This document shows, piece by piece, positions 24,726 to 37,073 of a stretch of DNA of 64,000 nt (positions are counted from its first letter, which is position 1; every line of letters starts with the position of its first letter). Origin of the DNA: Vicugna vicugna (Eukaryota); NCBI GenBank assembly GCA_013265495.1, contig MU058844.1:10810184-10874183 (forward strand). The letters run 5' to 3'. Both the position numbers and the translations under genes were made by a program. A model generated the notes under the pieces. The model searched no databases. It was not told where the DNA came from and saw only the letters and a program-made list of their open reading frames with translations.

Positions 24726-27342
24726 AAACCTTAAGACTAGACAAATGACTATTTTTGCACTGATGTGTAGGTAGGTCCCTCGGTCTGTCCCGGTCAGTTT
24801 GCGTGTCATTCATTCTATATGCTGGTAAAGGACCGTTATATGAAACAGTGGGAATTGGCGATAAACAAATTTCAAAAGACAGGCTCTAGCTAAAATGGAA
24901 GCATTATGATTTATGCCACCTTGGATAGCTTTGGAAAAATTTAAGAGGATGAAAATAGAAGGCATTTTTGAAAATTCTTACAACCCTTCAAAGCATTATG
25001 TTCAAGGTTATATCTGAGCCTCTCTTTGTATTTATTGTTCTTACTACTTATTGAATCCGTTAGGCAATAAGATATTTCATTCAGGTCTTTCTAGTTTTTC
25101 CATTTTGCATCTTCAGCAGCAGCACGTGTATTTTTGGAAAAGATAACAGTAAAAATTACCCTTTCACCCAAGCACTTTTCTCCAATTGAAATAGAAAGAC
25201 TTGCACTATACTTAGGTTTTCCAAGAGGACTGAGTTCTAGAAAGGAATTTTAACATTTGACTATATCCACATTTTGTATTTATCATGTGTTCACTGCTAG
25301 AAATACGTGTATATTTTTCTGTCAAATGGTATTTAGTAGCCATCATTCTATATAACAGGAATTTTTAGATTCCTTTTTATACTTCAATGTCAATTTTTAA
25401 TTGCTACAAAAGCTAATGCTATACTACTCATAAACAAAATACTAAAAAAGAAAAAAACCCTCAGTCTTAACACTCAAACACAATTGTGGAAAAATAGGAA
25501 TGTGCGTTAACAAGTATAGAAAAGAATATATCCTCCTTTTGCTTAAATGTAAAAGAAACTTCAGCATTTCTCCATTTTAAAAAAATACATTTTACATAAG
25601 AACTTAAGTCAGCATTATGGCTTTCCTTACATATGTAATGTATTTTGTAAACCAAAGAAAAATCGTAGGAGAAGCCATGCTTAAAAGATGTGCTTGATTA
25701 TCCTGTCTGCTTCTGGGCCTAAGATTTTGGCACCTGCTGTGGTTTATATGGTTGCGAAACCCTTAGCAGGTGCATTTCCTGTGTTTTTAGTTTCACATCA
25801 CTCATTAGCTTATAGGTAAGTATCTGTTCTCTTTCTTCTGAGAAATACACTAATTCACTACATCAGTTTACCGACAAAACTGTCCTGATTAGCTGCCTTT
25901 CATTTACTGAACTCTGCAGCTTCAGTTTTACAATCCTCTCCAGCCTAACGATGCAGGGAGCTGTGGAGATGGTCCATGCTTACATTTCCTCTCTGACATG
26001 AATAGGCACAGATAAGCTATATTTATCTCAGCTGTTTGTTACTATGCATGGTAAGTTAAATCTTCTTATTTGATTTGCTAGATCCTAAAAAGATCCTAAA
26101 AGAAACATTAAAAAGACATGAGTAGGAACTTGAAGAAATAGCCACATTTTTGCCCCTTGGCATTCTTCATAATCCATTGAAAGAAAAGACTGGGGAAAAT
26201 TAGTCTCCATGTAACTTAAAGGCTTTATATTAAAGAGAGTAACATTTAGGAACAGAATACAAGCACCAAAAGCTGTGGTTCCAAATGAGAAATTTTAGGT
26301 TAATCTGCAGACAGGAGTTCTATTATTGAATCTTAATAAATCTGAGAACTAGTCTGCAGGGGATGACATAATATTGTTAAGATAATATTATATTGTCTTT
26401 AGTCGTATTGTATTTATTGTCTCATAATTATTATAATCTTATTGTAATTATTATATTTACTATGTATTTGTAATTGGTAACAAGTTGCATCATCTTATGT
26501 AAATATTAGTATGTGAGGTAATTACCTATATTTTTCCATCTTTTATATTATCTCTTTCATATAGCTTTTTCGATGGAAAGCTCTTTATTAAACCCTACCT
26601 TACAGACAAACCAAATTGTATTTAGCATTTCTGCTTGATTTCTCGTGAATGTGGCACTAAAACATCAGTTGAAAAAAGCTGTTTGTCAAATAAAAAGTAT
26701 AGTGTAGAGACATTGGACAGGGACAAAGATGTTATCACAACAAGCCTCATGGAATTCATTAAAACATATGTAAACCAGGAACAAATGATGTATAAAAAGA
26801 ACTCAGTGGTTTGGTTAAAATCAAGTAATACTAATAATGCATGAAAGAACAAGAATTATCTCCACTAAGAATCATTGGATCAAATAATTGCTCTTGTGTC
26901 AGATGCTCACGTAGGCTCCGAACAGTTGGTCAAATAAAATTTCCCTTAACAAACAGTGTACAATTCAAAGAGTTTGTGACTAGATACTTTTTTTTATCTG
27001 GTAACATACAGGGCTTGAAGACCATTAGTGCTTGTGAAAACAAACAAAATTTGAAATTTGGAGAATTAATTAAAAATACTCAGGAGTCCACACAAAATAC
27101 GGTAGCGCAGGACATGGTTTTGCAACCACAAGTCATGAGCAGGTATCTTTCCAAAAAAAAAAAGAGAAAGAAAAAAAATTTTTTGAGGATACCTCCACGG
27201 GACTTGAAGACCTTGTCTGAGAAATCATGACTTAATAGCTGAAATTATATTCTATTAAGATGATTTTTGAATGATCACTATCAAGTAGCTGTTTTATAGT
27301 CATGTTTTATATATACATATAAACACACACGGAAATTAAAAA

Positions 27343-27550
27343 AAATTCTTATTGAAGTGTCATTGATTTACAATGTTAGTTTCAGGTATACAGCAAAGTG
27401 ATTCAGTTATACATACACATCCATACATACATATTTTTTCAGATTCTTTTCCATTATAGCACATTACAAGAAATTAAATCTAGTTCCCTGTGCTATATAC
27501 AGTAAGTCCTTGTTGTTTATATATATAAATATATATACTTTAAAATTATT
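27343..27550 (-). mobile_element. L1 3' UTR (cetartiodactyl type)
   Basis: 'attgaagtgtcattgatttacaatgttagtttcaggtatacagcaaagtgattcagttatacat...tagttccctgtgctata'; possible TSD acggaaattaaaaa (27329-27342) / actgaaattaaaaa (27551-27564). Confidence 0.88.
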
Positions 27551-27664
27551 ACTGAAATTAAAAATCAGAATTTTAAAAAATGGTTTTATGGTACTCATAT
27601 CCTTAAGAAAACTTGTTTCTAAGGCTGCCAATGTAACAATATATTGAAATAGCAGGAAAAAAAA

Positions 27665-27800
27665 AGTTAGATTTGAAATTACATAGGCTTGAATTCAGTT
27701 CTTAGATCTTGCCCTTATTAACTCTGAAAATCATTGACTCCCTGGACCTCAATCTGTAAATGATACATCCCTTATAGCATTGTATTATGATTATATTATT
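27665..27800 (+). mobile_element. MIR fragment
   Basis: 'gatttgaaattacataggcttgaattcag...gacctcaatctgtaaatgata'. Confidence 0.55.
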
Positions 27801-28032
27801 ACACTAAAAGGAATAATGTGGGTAAAACTCCTTAGTATAGAGGCTGATACAACATATGCATTTTTTGTATCTTTTATTGTACCAATGTACTGATGATTGA
27901 AAATTCTTGGGATAGAGAAGATGGAAAATCAGTTGTCCAAATGTAATAAACACATTCAGACAGGGGGCCTTTTTTTTTTCCAATGAGGCATTTATTTGTT
28001 GGGTGATGTTTATTAAAAAAAAAAAGAAACAA

Positions 28033-28380
28033 CTCCTATGTGGAACCTTAAAAAAAAAAAAGGACACTAATGAACTCAACTACAAAACAGAAACAGACTC
28101 GCAGACATAGTAAACAATCTTATGATTATGAGGGAAAGGGAATTTGGAAAGGGGTAAATGTGGGAGTTTGAGATTTGCAAATACTAACTACTATTTATAA
28201 AATAGATAAAAAACAAATTTCTTTTGTATAGCATGGGGAACTGTATTAAATATCTTGTAATAACCTTTAATGAAAGAGAATATGAAAATGAACATATGTA
28301 TGCATATGCATGACTGGGACATTATACTGTACACCAGAAATAGACACATTGTAACTGACTATACTTCAATTATAAAAACA
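28033..28380 (+). mobile_element. L1 3' UTR (cetartiodactyl type)
   Basis: 'tgtggaacct...aatgaactcaactacaaaacagaaacagactcgcagacatag...gggagtttgagatttgcaaatactaacta...ctgtacaccagaaa...aactgactatacttcaat'. Confidence 0.92.
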
Positions 28381-30159
28381 GGAGAAAAAGGGAATAATAA
28401 TGTAACCAGAAAATAACTGCAAAGCACAACTAGCACTTGAGCTCTGGAGGAATCTATCTACTTCACATATACGAACAGTTAATCCCTAGAGTAATTTTTT
28501 TCAACCTCCATCACCCAAGGATTATGCCCAATTATGATTAATTCTTTAATAATGAAATTGATACCCCTTTCAAACATTTAGACCAGACAGTAGATTACAG
28601 TACACTGTAAAATATGCTTCTGAGTAATTATGACCTAATTAATTATTTTACACAGCTTTAAAAAGTTTGATTTACTAATTGGACTCAGAAATTGAAAGCA
28701 GGAAATAGAGCTGTCCAGCCCACCAGAGGCTTCATTCCATTTGGCACAAAACCAGAGTGAAAGTTGACTTAATTTGTGCTGTTCTGCATGGTTGGGTTTG
28801 ACAAGTGTGTTTGGGTTTCATAAAATAATCAAAGGTCATTTCTGGCCTGGCTTTTTGCAACTACAGCCCAGATTAATAAGAACGAAACCCAAAGCCTGGC
28901 AGCAACCCCATGCATGATGTGAACTCCTGCCCTCCTTTTTCTGACTTGCCACGTGGGTGTGTCCTCATGGAAATAATAGCGTTGCCAAATGATGATACAC
29001 AACCCGGAAATTGGGAGGTACATAACACATCCTACTTCAGTTTGTACTTGGTGTGTGTGGTCTTCAACAAATAGATTCTCCGTGTCTCTGGTTATTGCCC
29101 AGGGCAGCTGGATCCTAGGGGAGGACTGTGCTAGCATAAAGAATTGGGGAAGTTTAAGTGAGCCTTTAAAGTCCAGGACCTGGTGCCCATATCCTGACTT
29201 CCCCCTGCCTTTCTACACCACTGAGCATGAAAGTACAGCTAGTATTTGATGCTTTACCTAGAAACCCCAACAAGTTTGTATTACAGGGTCTCCTTACAAA
29301 CTAACAGCCAGAGAGCATCATCCGTGGCCTTGCTTCTGTTTTGCTTCAAAGTTCATATAAAGCCTTTTGGAAAACTATGGTTTTTAAGATGATCTTAGCT
29401 TTATAAGAACTTTTTCTCTAAGGGATTCCAAGTAAAGAAACTTAAAGGTTTAAAAAAAAAGGCGGGGATGACTCAGAACTGACTCTAAAAAATGCCTGGG
29501 TTATTACTACAGTTTCTTACTACTATTAATATTTAAATGGCGTTGAAGTGTCTATCTGCAAATTCCAGTTCCACAGTCCCATGACTCTAAATTCGGCTTC
29601 CTGGATTAAGTAGAAAAATAAAGTCAACTATAAGAATTCAGTACACCTAAGAGCTGTACGTTTTGTATGAGGGACATCTGAACGGAAGGATTGGCATGAG
29701 CTGTGTGAATTTAATAACATAAAACTACCTTTAACCAACATCTGTAACATTATCCTTTTCTTACCATTTCAAAGAATTTTTAAAAGTGCTTTCTTTTAGA
29801 AAAGCATGTTTATTTTTATAAACTAGGGGGAATCTTACAATTTAACTAGCTGGTCCGAGCAGAAAAGTTTTTCCTGTGCACGAATACATGACCTAAAAGC
29901 ACACTCAGCTGACTGTCTTGAGGAAATAAGCAGGTGACACTTAGGGAGTATGTGTTTCTGGTCTATCTTTGAAAGTTTTAAGGTTTTATTCAGATTTCAG
30001 GGACAGACTAATAATAATTTCTTATTAGAAAGATGATCAAATTGGAAAAGGTGTAAACTAGTGGATTATATGTGAGAAATCAACCAAACTAAGAGCAGCT
30101 GCAAATCAATTATAGCAAAAAAGTAAAATTATGCCTCACCTTCTCTATTGCTTCTTCTT

Positions 30160-30260
30160 GAGCATCTTTTATGCACCAAGCATTGTATTAGGCATGTTAT
30201 GAGCATTATTTCCTTTATTCCTAAACAGGCAAGTGTTAGTATTCCCACTGTATAAATCCA
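30160..30260 (-). mobile_element. MIR fragment
   Basis: 'ttgagcatcttttatgcaccaagcattgtattaggca...tattcccactgtataaat'. Confidence 0.6.
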
Positions 30261-30659
30261 GTATTACAGTAAATATAGAACAGAATATTTAATGCAAAGA
30301 AATGCAGCATTGCTCATAGCTGCTGGGCACTGACTCTGCTCCCACTCTGGATGGTAACATGGCCAAGATGTCACTGGGTTTGCTTTGAGAAGCAGAAGAC
30401 ATAACTCTGACCCTTAATTTGAAGCATATAGACTATGAACTTAGGATTTTCAGGAAAGATACGGTATACGAAAGTGCACTGCTGCAAAAATAGTTGAGCT
30501 TTACACATCCGGTTGTGGGTCCAGTCATAGGCAGCTCTGAACCTTCTCTGGGGCACTGGGGACCAAGGGGAGCTACTTCGAGACATGGTGCTGACCTATA
30601 GTGTGACCTCGTGTCTGAGAACATGTTGGATCCTTAGCTAACTAAATTGGGAGCATCAT

Positions 30660-30830
30660 TTTGTTGTGTCTGTATGCGAGTGATTATATGAGCAAGTGTG
30701 CAGCCTGTGCTTTTGCGTGTGTGGATGCTATCTGTGTAGTGGGGTCTGTGTATGTACGCACATGTTGTATGTGAGTGTGCTCAGTACATCGCCTGTGGGT
30801 GATGTGTGTGTGGCACGTGGCGGTGTGAAT
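30660..30830. repeat. Degenerate TG-rich low-complexity tract
   Basis: Interrupted (TG)n runs. Confidence 0.7.
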
Positions 30831-33404
30831 AATTACTGTGTTCTTTGGTAATTTTTGCAACCCTTTCTTTAGAGCACTAAATTTCCCTCTATTTTCCCAT
30901 CTTTTTCAATTTTCTGCTCATGACTAATTAAACCATAAGATAATGAACAGAAGAAAAATTGACACCAATTCATCTTCTATGCCTATAAATACACAAAGGC
31001 TAATAAATTTTCCTTTCTCATTGTGTGATTTTTTACTGAACTATAGATTTAAACAGACAGTGGGGCACATGTTGGTCAGATCTGATTTAGAAATTGAGGA
31101 GTGACGATGATAAATTTCAAGGTATGATTACAAATATTCAAAAATCATCCTTGAGTTTCTTTTTTCTCAAGATTGTTTATTTTTCTGTTTATCTTCTTGC
31201 CTTCCGTGACTGCTAACTATTGTTCCTGCAGTATTTGTTCTTGAGTAGCAGAGAGAGAGGAAAATAAATAAAGCATCGGCTTTTTATTCAATACGTTGTC
31301 TGCCGACAGGTATAGTGAGAATTGGAATCAAGTCGCGATTGTTAAGCAGAGCAAGGAAGCCTCCTCTGATACACACTTGACCCGTGAGTTTCTAGTTGGA
31401 AAGTACAAAGAGCCACCCCTCGCCGCCTAGAAGTGACAGGGAAATCAGGAGTTCTCTTAGGATCAATCAGGGCAGGGCTGATACATTTTTAAAAAGGAGA
31501 AAATTTTAAAAAGGAGAAGATTAAAGCTACAGAGTGCCTGAGCAGGAGAATGAAGAGGAAATGGTGTTTCCCTGGGGAGCAGTTAGTTCCTATTAGGAGC
31601 ACTGGTGTAAATCAGCATGATCAGTCTCGCAGAGACCAACGGGAAACTACAGTCACGCTCACACATGCATATGGCGGATTTTGCATTATTTAGGAAGATT
31701 TTAACGCAGTCATTTGTAGTTTGGGAGCTAAAATTCTTTTGCCTTCTTATTTTATTTGATATATTATAAAGATACATAAAAGTCTGTTTCTAAAATTTGT
31801 TAGCTAAGGAGTGAACAAAGATCTTATGCAGAAAAGTAGAAATAGTTTAGTCATAGGAAAAAATTAACTTCCAAATGATTGGAGAAAAAAAAATCTAAGA
31901 TCTGGGGGGAAGAAATCTAAGATCGGGCTTCTAGTCTTACATAAGATTCATTTTCCCTCATCTCCACCATGACTTCTAAAGCACTCTGAAATGTTTACTT
32001 ATTTTTCTTTCAGCAAAGGTATTTATTTGAAAAAAATGTTAATTTCAAATTAACAATACGTTGTGTATGAAATACTGTGAGATAGATTAAATCATGACAT
32101 GGTTACTGACACCTTCGGTCTGCCTTCCTGCCCCTTCTCTATCTCCCCCCCCCATTCCTCTCTTGTCTCCCTTAATCCTATTTCTTCTCCTTCCTTCAAA
32201 CATCCTCTGAGGCTAGCCCTCAGTCCTAGCACAGGGGCTGATGCTGCAGAGTCACGGAAAAGAATCCTCTGCTGAGCGCTGAGCCTTGTGCTCAAAGTGC
32301 TGGAGAGCTCTGTGTTATGTGGGGGTGAGGGGGCAGCGAGGTTTCCCTGCTGGTTCTGTTCCTGTCCAGCAGGTGAGATGGGTGCTGTGGTACAGACAGG
32401 TTCCAGATGCTCTGGGAATAGCGAAGAGAGGGGGTTAGGTTAGGAAAAGTGGGGTCCAGCTCTTGGGCCAAATTTTTGATGTTTGAAAGAACATGGCACT
32501 TTCTAGAATGATGAGCAGGATCACTTTGTGTTCCTATGGGGGTAGTTGGAGGATAACATGTTGCTTTAACGGTTTTACTTTTTTCTTCTGTTTAATCTTC
32601 CGATGTTTTTGTTTGTTGTTCCTATTACCTGGTTGGTGCTTTCCATCCCTAAGTTCTGTCAGAGCATCTAATGTCATTGTTTTGAGACAGCAAAGTGATG
32701 AGACAGAAATATACTTACTCTTGAATTTCATGTTACCTTATCCGTGTGTGATTCTGTAAGGTGTCCTTTTTCTCTGTCTTTTTCCTCCCATCTGCCCTGT
32801 GTTTATTCCTGTATATGAATGAATAAGGTGCTTTGGCATATATGGAGATAAGGGAACAGACTGCACAGACTAGAGTGTCTTTAAATGGCAAGGATGCTGT
32901 TTAAATGGGCTGGGATTTTGGTAGGAGATAGTGAAAAATGACAGCCATGTATATAATTTTTACATAGGTTTCTTGGGCTTAGAATTTTGGTCTCAAAAAT
33001 ATTATTATGCTTCTGCTTAAATATTATTGTTATTATCCAGCTATTGGCTGGGTAAGGATAATCCCCCTAAAATTTCAAGGATGTCAACAGGTTAATTCTC
33101 CAACTGCTTTCTCCCATGATAAAAAATACAAACATAAACTAGTAGTGGTAGAAAATTACAAACGATGCTAACTTAACAAAGGGTCATATTTCAATACAAG
33201 GAAACCCACAATCCACTTCAAACCTAGAGTCTCACAATGTTTTATGAAATACAAAATATGGAGACTAGTTTCGTGAGGTTAAAAGAGGGACCGTATGTTG
33301 AAAATGCTATGCAAACTGTGAGGTAGTCTTCAAATCCAAACAACATTACTATCATTTTATATATGAAAAATCAAGCACAATTAGAAAGACAGAAGCAACT
33401 ATTA

Positions 33405-33575
33405 TTATCTTGGGCAAGGGACTTACCCTCTCAGACCCTTAGTTTCCTCATCTGTAAAATGGGGTAATGATATCTACCTTGTAGACTTGTCAAAATTACA
33501 GATAACATATAAACATTCCTATGCACAGAGCTTGGCCAATGGCCGGCAGTCATTAAGTGATATTTTTATTATGAT
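33405..33575 (+). mobile_element. MIR core and tail
   Basis: 'cttgggcaagggacttaccctctcagacccttagtttcctcatctgtaaaatggggtaatgatatctacct'. Confidence 0.9.
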
Positions 33576-34764
33576 TACAACAGACATTTCTAACCATCCC
33601 ACGATCTAAGAGGAATCAAACAAAAAAGATTATTACACATTTTACTAACAAAATAATCTATGTTGGATTCCAGGTGTTCAAAAAAAATAAGAAAACACCT
33701 GTGACTTTATATTTCAAGTTTCAGCTGGCCTGGGGATTTTTCTAAGAATGAAGTTTAAAGAATAAGAGGTACAACAGAATGTCTGAAATAGAACAAGAAG
33801 AAGAAAAAAAGAATGATAGAAAATGCATCTCTTTACTGGCAACCACCCAGGACAAGTGGGTGATTTCAGAATGATAATAAGCTCGCACCCCCCGTGGCTG
33901 GGGGCTGCTCCAAGTTCACGCGCAGCGGGGAACCTTCTGTGCCCTTCAGTATCACACTGTACATGCAAGTTATTTGTAACAGAACATTGAAAAGTCAATG
34001 AAGGCAAACTCGGTAGGCAGCTACTGTCAGAAAACATCTGAATCAATAGGACACTATCAGAACTGTCTTTCCCAAGCAAAACACAAAACTGTATTAACCA
34101 AAAGCATGACAGCGCTGTGAAATTTCCTCACTACAGTAACTTAAAGCAAGTGCCTTGCCCAACAGGTCAGAAAATAGTCACGAAATGTTTTTATGGACTG
34201 TATGATTGAGGGTCACCTGAGAGGTGCGATGGTTCTGAACAAGAGGCAAGGTCACACACTTAAATCTTTACTCGTTTTTGTAATAAAAAATAGTAACACA
34301 AGCTAGCAAAAATTTATTCTTTTCAAATTTATCTTTTCCAATTGCTACTATTATTCTATTACTAAGACTTCTACAGAATGAGAGATCCAGCAGAAAAACT
34401 AACAACAGCAGCAACGAATTAAAACAGTGATTTTTCCACTGGTTAGGGATAAACTTCAGACACTTGAACTTGACCTTCATGATCTCATTCTGCCTCAACC
34501 CTGACCAGCCATACCCTGTGCTTACATGAATTCCTTAGTAATCAAAGTGGAAAACCAACATGCAAGTTAAGTCGTAGAAGGTCAGGATGAACTGCCTTTT
34601 CACTGGTAAAGTTTTTCAGGCAATGTTCAGCCACGTCCAACCGAATTCCAAATACTTCTTATCTTTGTACTATTATGTTAGACCTACTTTTAGAATGTAT
34701 CCATTCCACTATAATGTGAATTACTCCAGGGCGGAGATGGTGTCTTGCCCTGCATATAACACCA

Positions 34765-34930
34765 GCTAGAATTCCAACTCTGCCACTTATTAGCTATAAA
34801 AATCACTTAGCCTTTTTGATAATCAGCTTCCTCATCTGTAAAAATGGTGATAAAGCTTGTCTTTCAGATGTGTACAGATATAATACATATATATGTGTGT
34901 ATCTTGTGTTCAGTAAATGCTAGCTATAAA
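34765..34930 (+). mobile_element. MIR
   Basis: 'aattccaactctgccacttattagct...atcacttagcc...tcagcttcctcatctgtaaaaatggtgataa'. Confidence 0.85.
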
Positions 34931-35488
34931 ATTAATAAGCACATAAGGGATGTTTGTTGAAAACACGGAGGAATGAAAAAAATAGATGATATCTTATTGA
35001 TTTAAGATTCATCCAGTAATTCTTGAACAATATTCCATAATACACAGACTGGAAATTAAATGGTAGTATTAGAGAAGTTGAAGGCTATAAATTCGCATTC
35101 CTTTTCTGATTCAACAATCCGCTTCTTACTATTCTATTTACGTTTAGAGAAATGGCAATTTAAAAATACCCCTAGCCTCTCAAATCTCCTAAAGAAAAGC
35201 TTATGTACAAAAACATCAGATAATCAGATGAAGGCTGGCTAATTCTAGTCAGAGCAGTTAAAATATGGCATATTTATGACTCATACGCCCTAATTATCTT
35301 AAACTCATCCATTTCTATGGCTGATTGCCTATACTCAACTGGCTTTCTGTGATTAATTTTAGCGTTTATGAGATAAAAAGAGAGCCGTCCTGGAAGTCAC
35401 AGTCTCATTGCATTTCTATCTTTGCATCTGAAGTTAGGAAACCGCAAAAAAATTCCACCCTGGAAAACTACATTATTCAATAAGTTAT

Positions 35489-35917
35489 AGAATAAATGGA
35501 TAAAAAAAATGTAGCCTATACATACAATGGAATATATTATTCGAGCTTAAGAAGGATAAAAATTCTGACCCGTGCTGTAACATGGATGGACCTTGAAGAC
35601 ATTATGCTAAGTGAAATCAGTCAGACACAGAAGGACAAAAATACTGTATGATTCCACTCATGTGAGATACTGACAGTAGTCAAATTCCTAGAGACAGAAA
35701 GCAGAATGGTGATGTCCAGGGGCTGTGGAGAGAGGGAACGAGGTGTAATTGTTTAATGGATATGAAGTTTCAGTTTGGGAAGATGAAAAAGTTCTGGAGG
35801 TGCATGGTGGTGCCGTCCGTACAACAGTGCGGATGTACTTAACACTACTGAACTGTACACTTAAAAATGGATGAAACAGTCAGTTTTATGCTATAAATAT
35901 TTTATCACAATTTTAAA
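35489..35917 (+). mobile_element. L1MB-type 3' end
   Basis: 'catacaatggaatatattatt...catggatggaccttgaagacattatgctaagtgaaatcagtcagacacagaaggacaaa...gttctggag...ctgaactgtacacttaaaaatgg'. Confidence 0.93.
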
Positions 35918-36094
35918 GGGTCAAAATAAATTATAGATCTGTCTAGGGCTAAAGAACGCAACTCTTGAAAATAAGAGCTTACTGGAATGGGGTATTTGAG
36001 GATATGGATGAATCTAACGTTAGTGGGAAAAAAATGAGAGAAAAGAAAGTTTTCAATACAGCCAGCACTGGGATAGATCTGGTTAAAACAGGTC

Positions 36095-36200
36095 ATGTCT
36101 TTAGTTCAGCCAGCACTACGCGCCTGCTCTGTACCAGGGTCTGGGATACAGAGACGATGTGCATACCACGCTCAGGGAGTTCACCCTCCCATAGAGAGAC
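36095..36200 (-). mobile_element. L2 3' end fragment
   Basis: 'cagcactacgcgcctgctctgtaccagggtctgggatacagagacgat...cgctcagggagttcaccctcca'. Confidence 0.55.
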
Positions 36201-36264
36201 TCTTCCAACATCGCTCCGGGGTAAGTCTGAAATTTGTGTGCCTAAGAGAACAGGTCTCGGCATT

Positions 36265-36435
36265 ATGTAACTCGGGTCTGTATCTGGCTCAAAAAAATCA
36301 TTAGCTATGCGACATTGAGAAAGTTATTTAGCTTGCTCCTCAGACTCTGTCTCATTTATGAAATATGGATATGAATAGAAACCTCACAGGGAAATTGTAC
36401 AGAAGGCGCTCAGGAGGAAGCAAGCGTTCAGTTCG
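36265..36435 (+). mobile_element. MIR fragment
   Basis: 'tagctatgcgacattgagaaagttatttagc...ctcatttatgaaatatggat...aacctcacaggg'. Confidence 0.65.
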
Positions 36436-36712
36436 CAGTGACCACCTCAGCTGTCGAGTCCTAGGGCAGAGGCACCAGCTGGCTGGGGCCGCCTGACAAC
36501 AGCCTGGTGCAACGAGGACCAGCAGGCTGGCTCGGCCTCACTGTGTCACTTCCGTAACTGTTGACACCAGCACAGGAAGAACACAGCCTCTGGTCATTAC
36601 TAGTATTCTTGAAAACTAACTACATCCAGAGTTATGATAGAAATTGAAAATGAAAACTGAAGCATTATTTCCTCGATCCACATTGTCCAAGAGAATGGGT
36701 GGTCGAGAGGGT

Positions 36713-37073
36713 TGCGATGGACTGAAAGTTCATGTCCCCGCGAACGTTCACACGTCAAAATCCTAATGCCCAACGTTCTGGTATTAGGGGGCAGAACCTT
36801 TGGGGGATGATTGGGACATGAGGGTGGAGCCCTCCTCATGAGTGGGATTAGTCCCTTAGAAAAGGGCTCTGCAGAGCTCTCTTGTCTTCTCTCTGCCACG
36901 TGAGGCTGTGATGAGCAGTCTGTCATTGGAAGAGGGCTCCACCAGGGCGTGACCGTGCTAGCATCCTGATCTCAGGCTCCCAGCCTCCAGAACTATGACA
37001 AGTACATCATGTTGTCGATAGGCCACCCTCAGCCTAGGATGCTTTACTCTAGCAGCCTGACCTGACGACGGCA
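36713..37073 (+). mobile_element. MLT1A-like solo LTR
   Basis: TG...CA termini; 'tgcgatggactgaa...tttgggggatgattgggacatgagggtggagccct...cccagcctccagaactatga...agcagcctga'; 5-bp TSD agggt / atggt (4 of 5 match); explains ORF 36600-36926. Confidence 0.92.

Noticed and set aside
26635..27230. Two abutting ORFs (69 and 129 aa) suggesting a processed pseudogene
   Set aside because: No recognisable homology; the poly-Lys comes from an A tract; no TSD found
29849..29859. gctggtccgag, like a Y RNA 5' end
   Set aside because: Similarity stops after 11 nt with no complementary 3' stem
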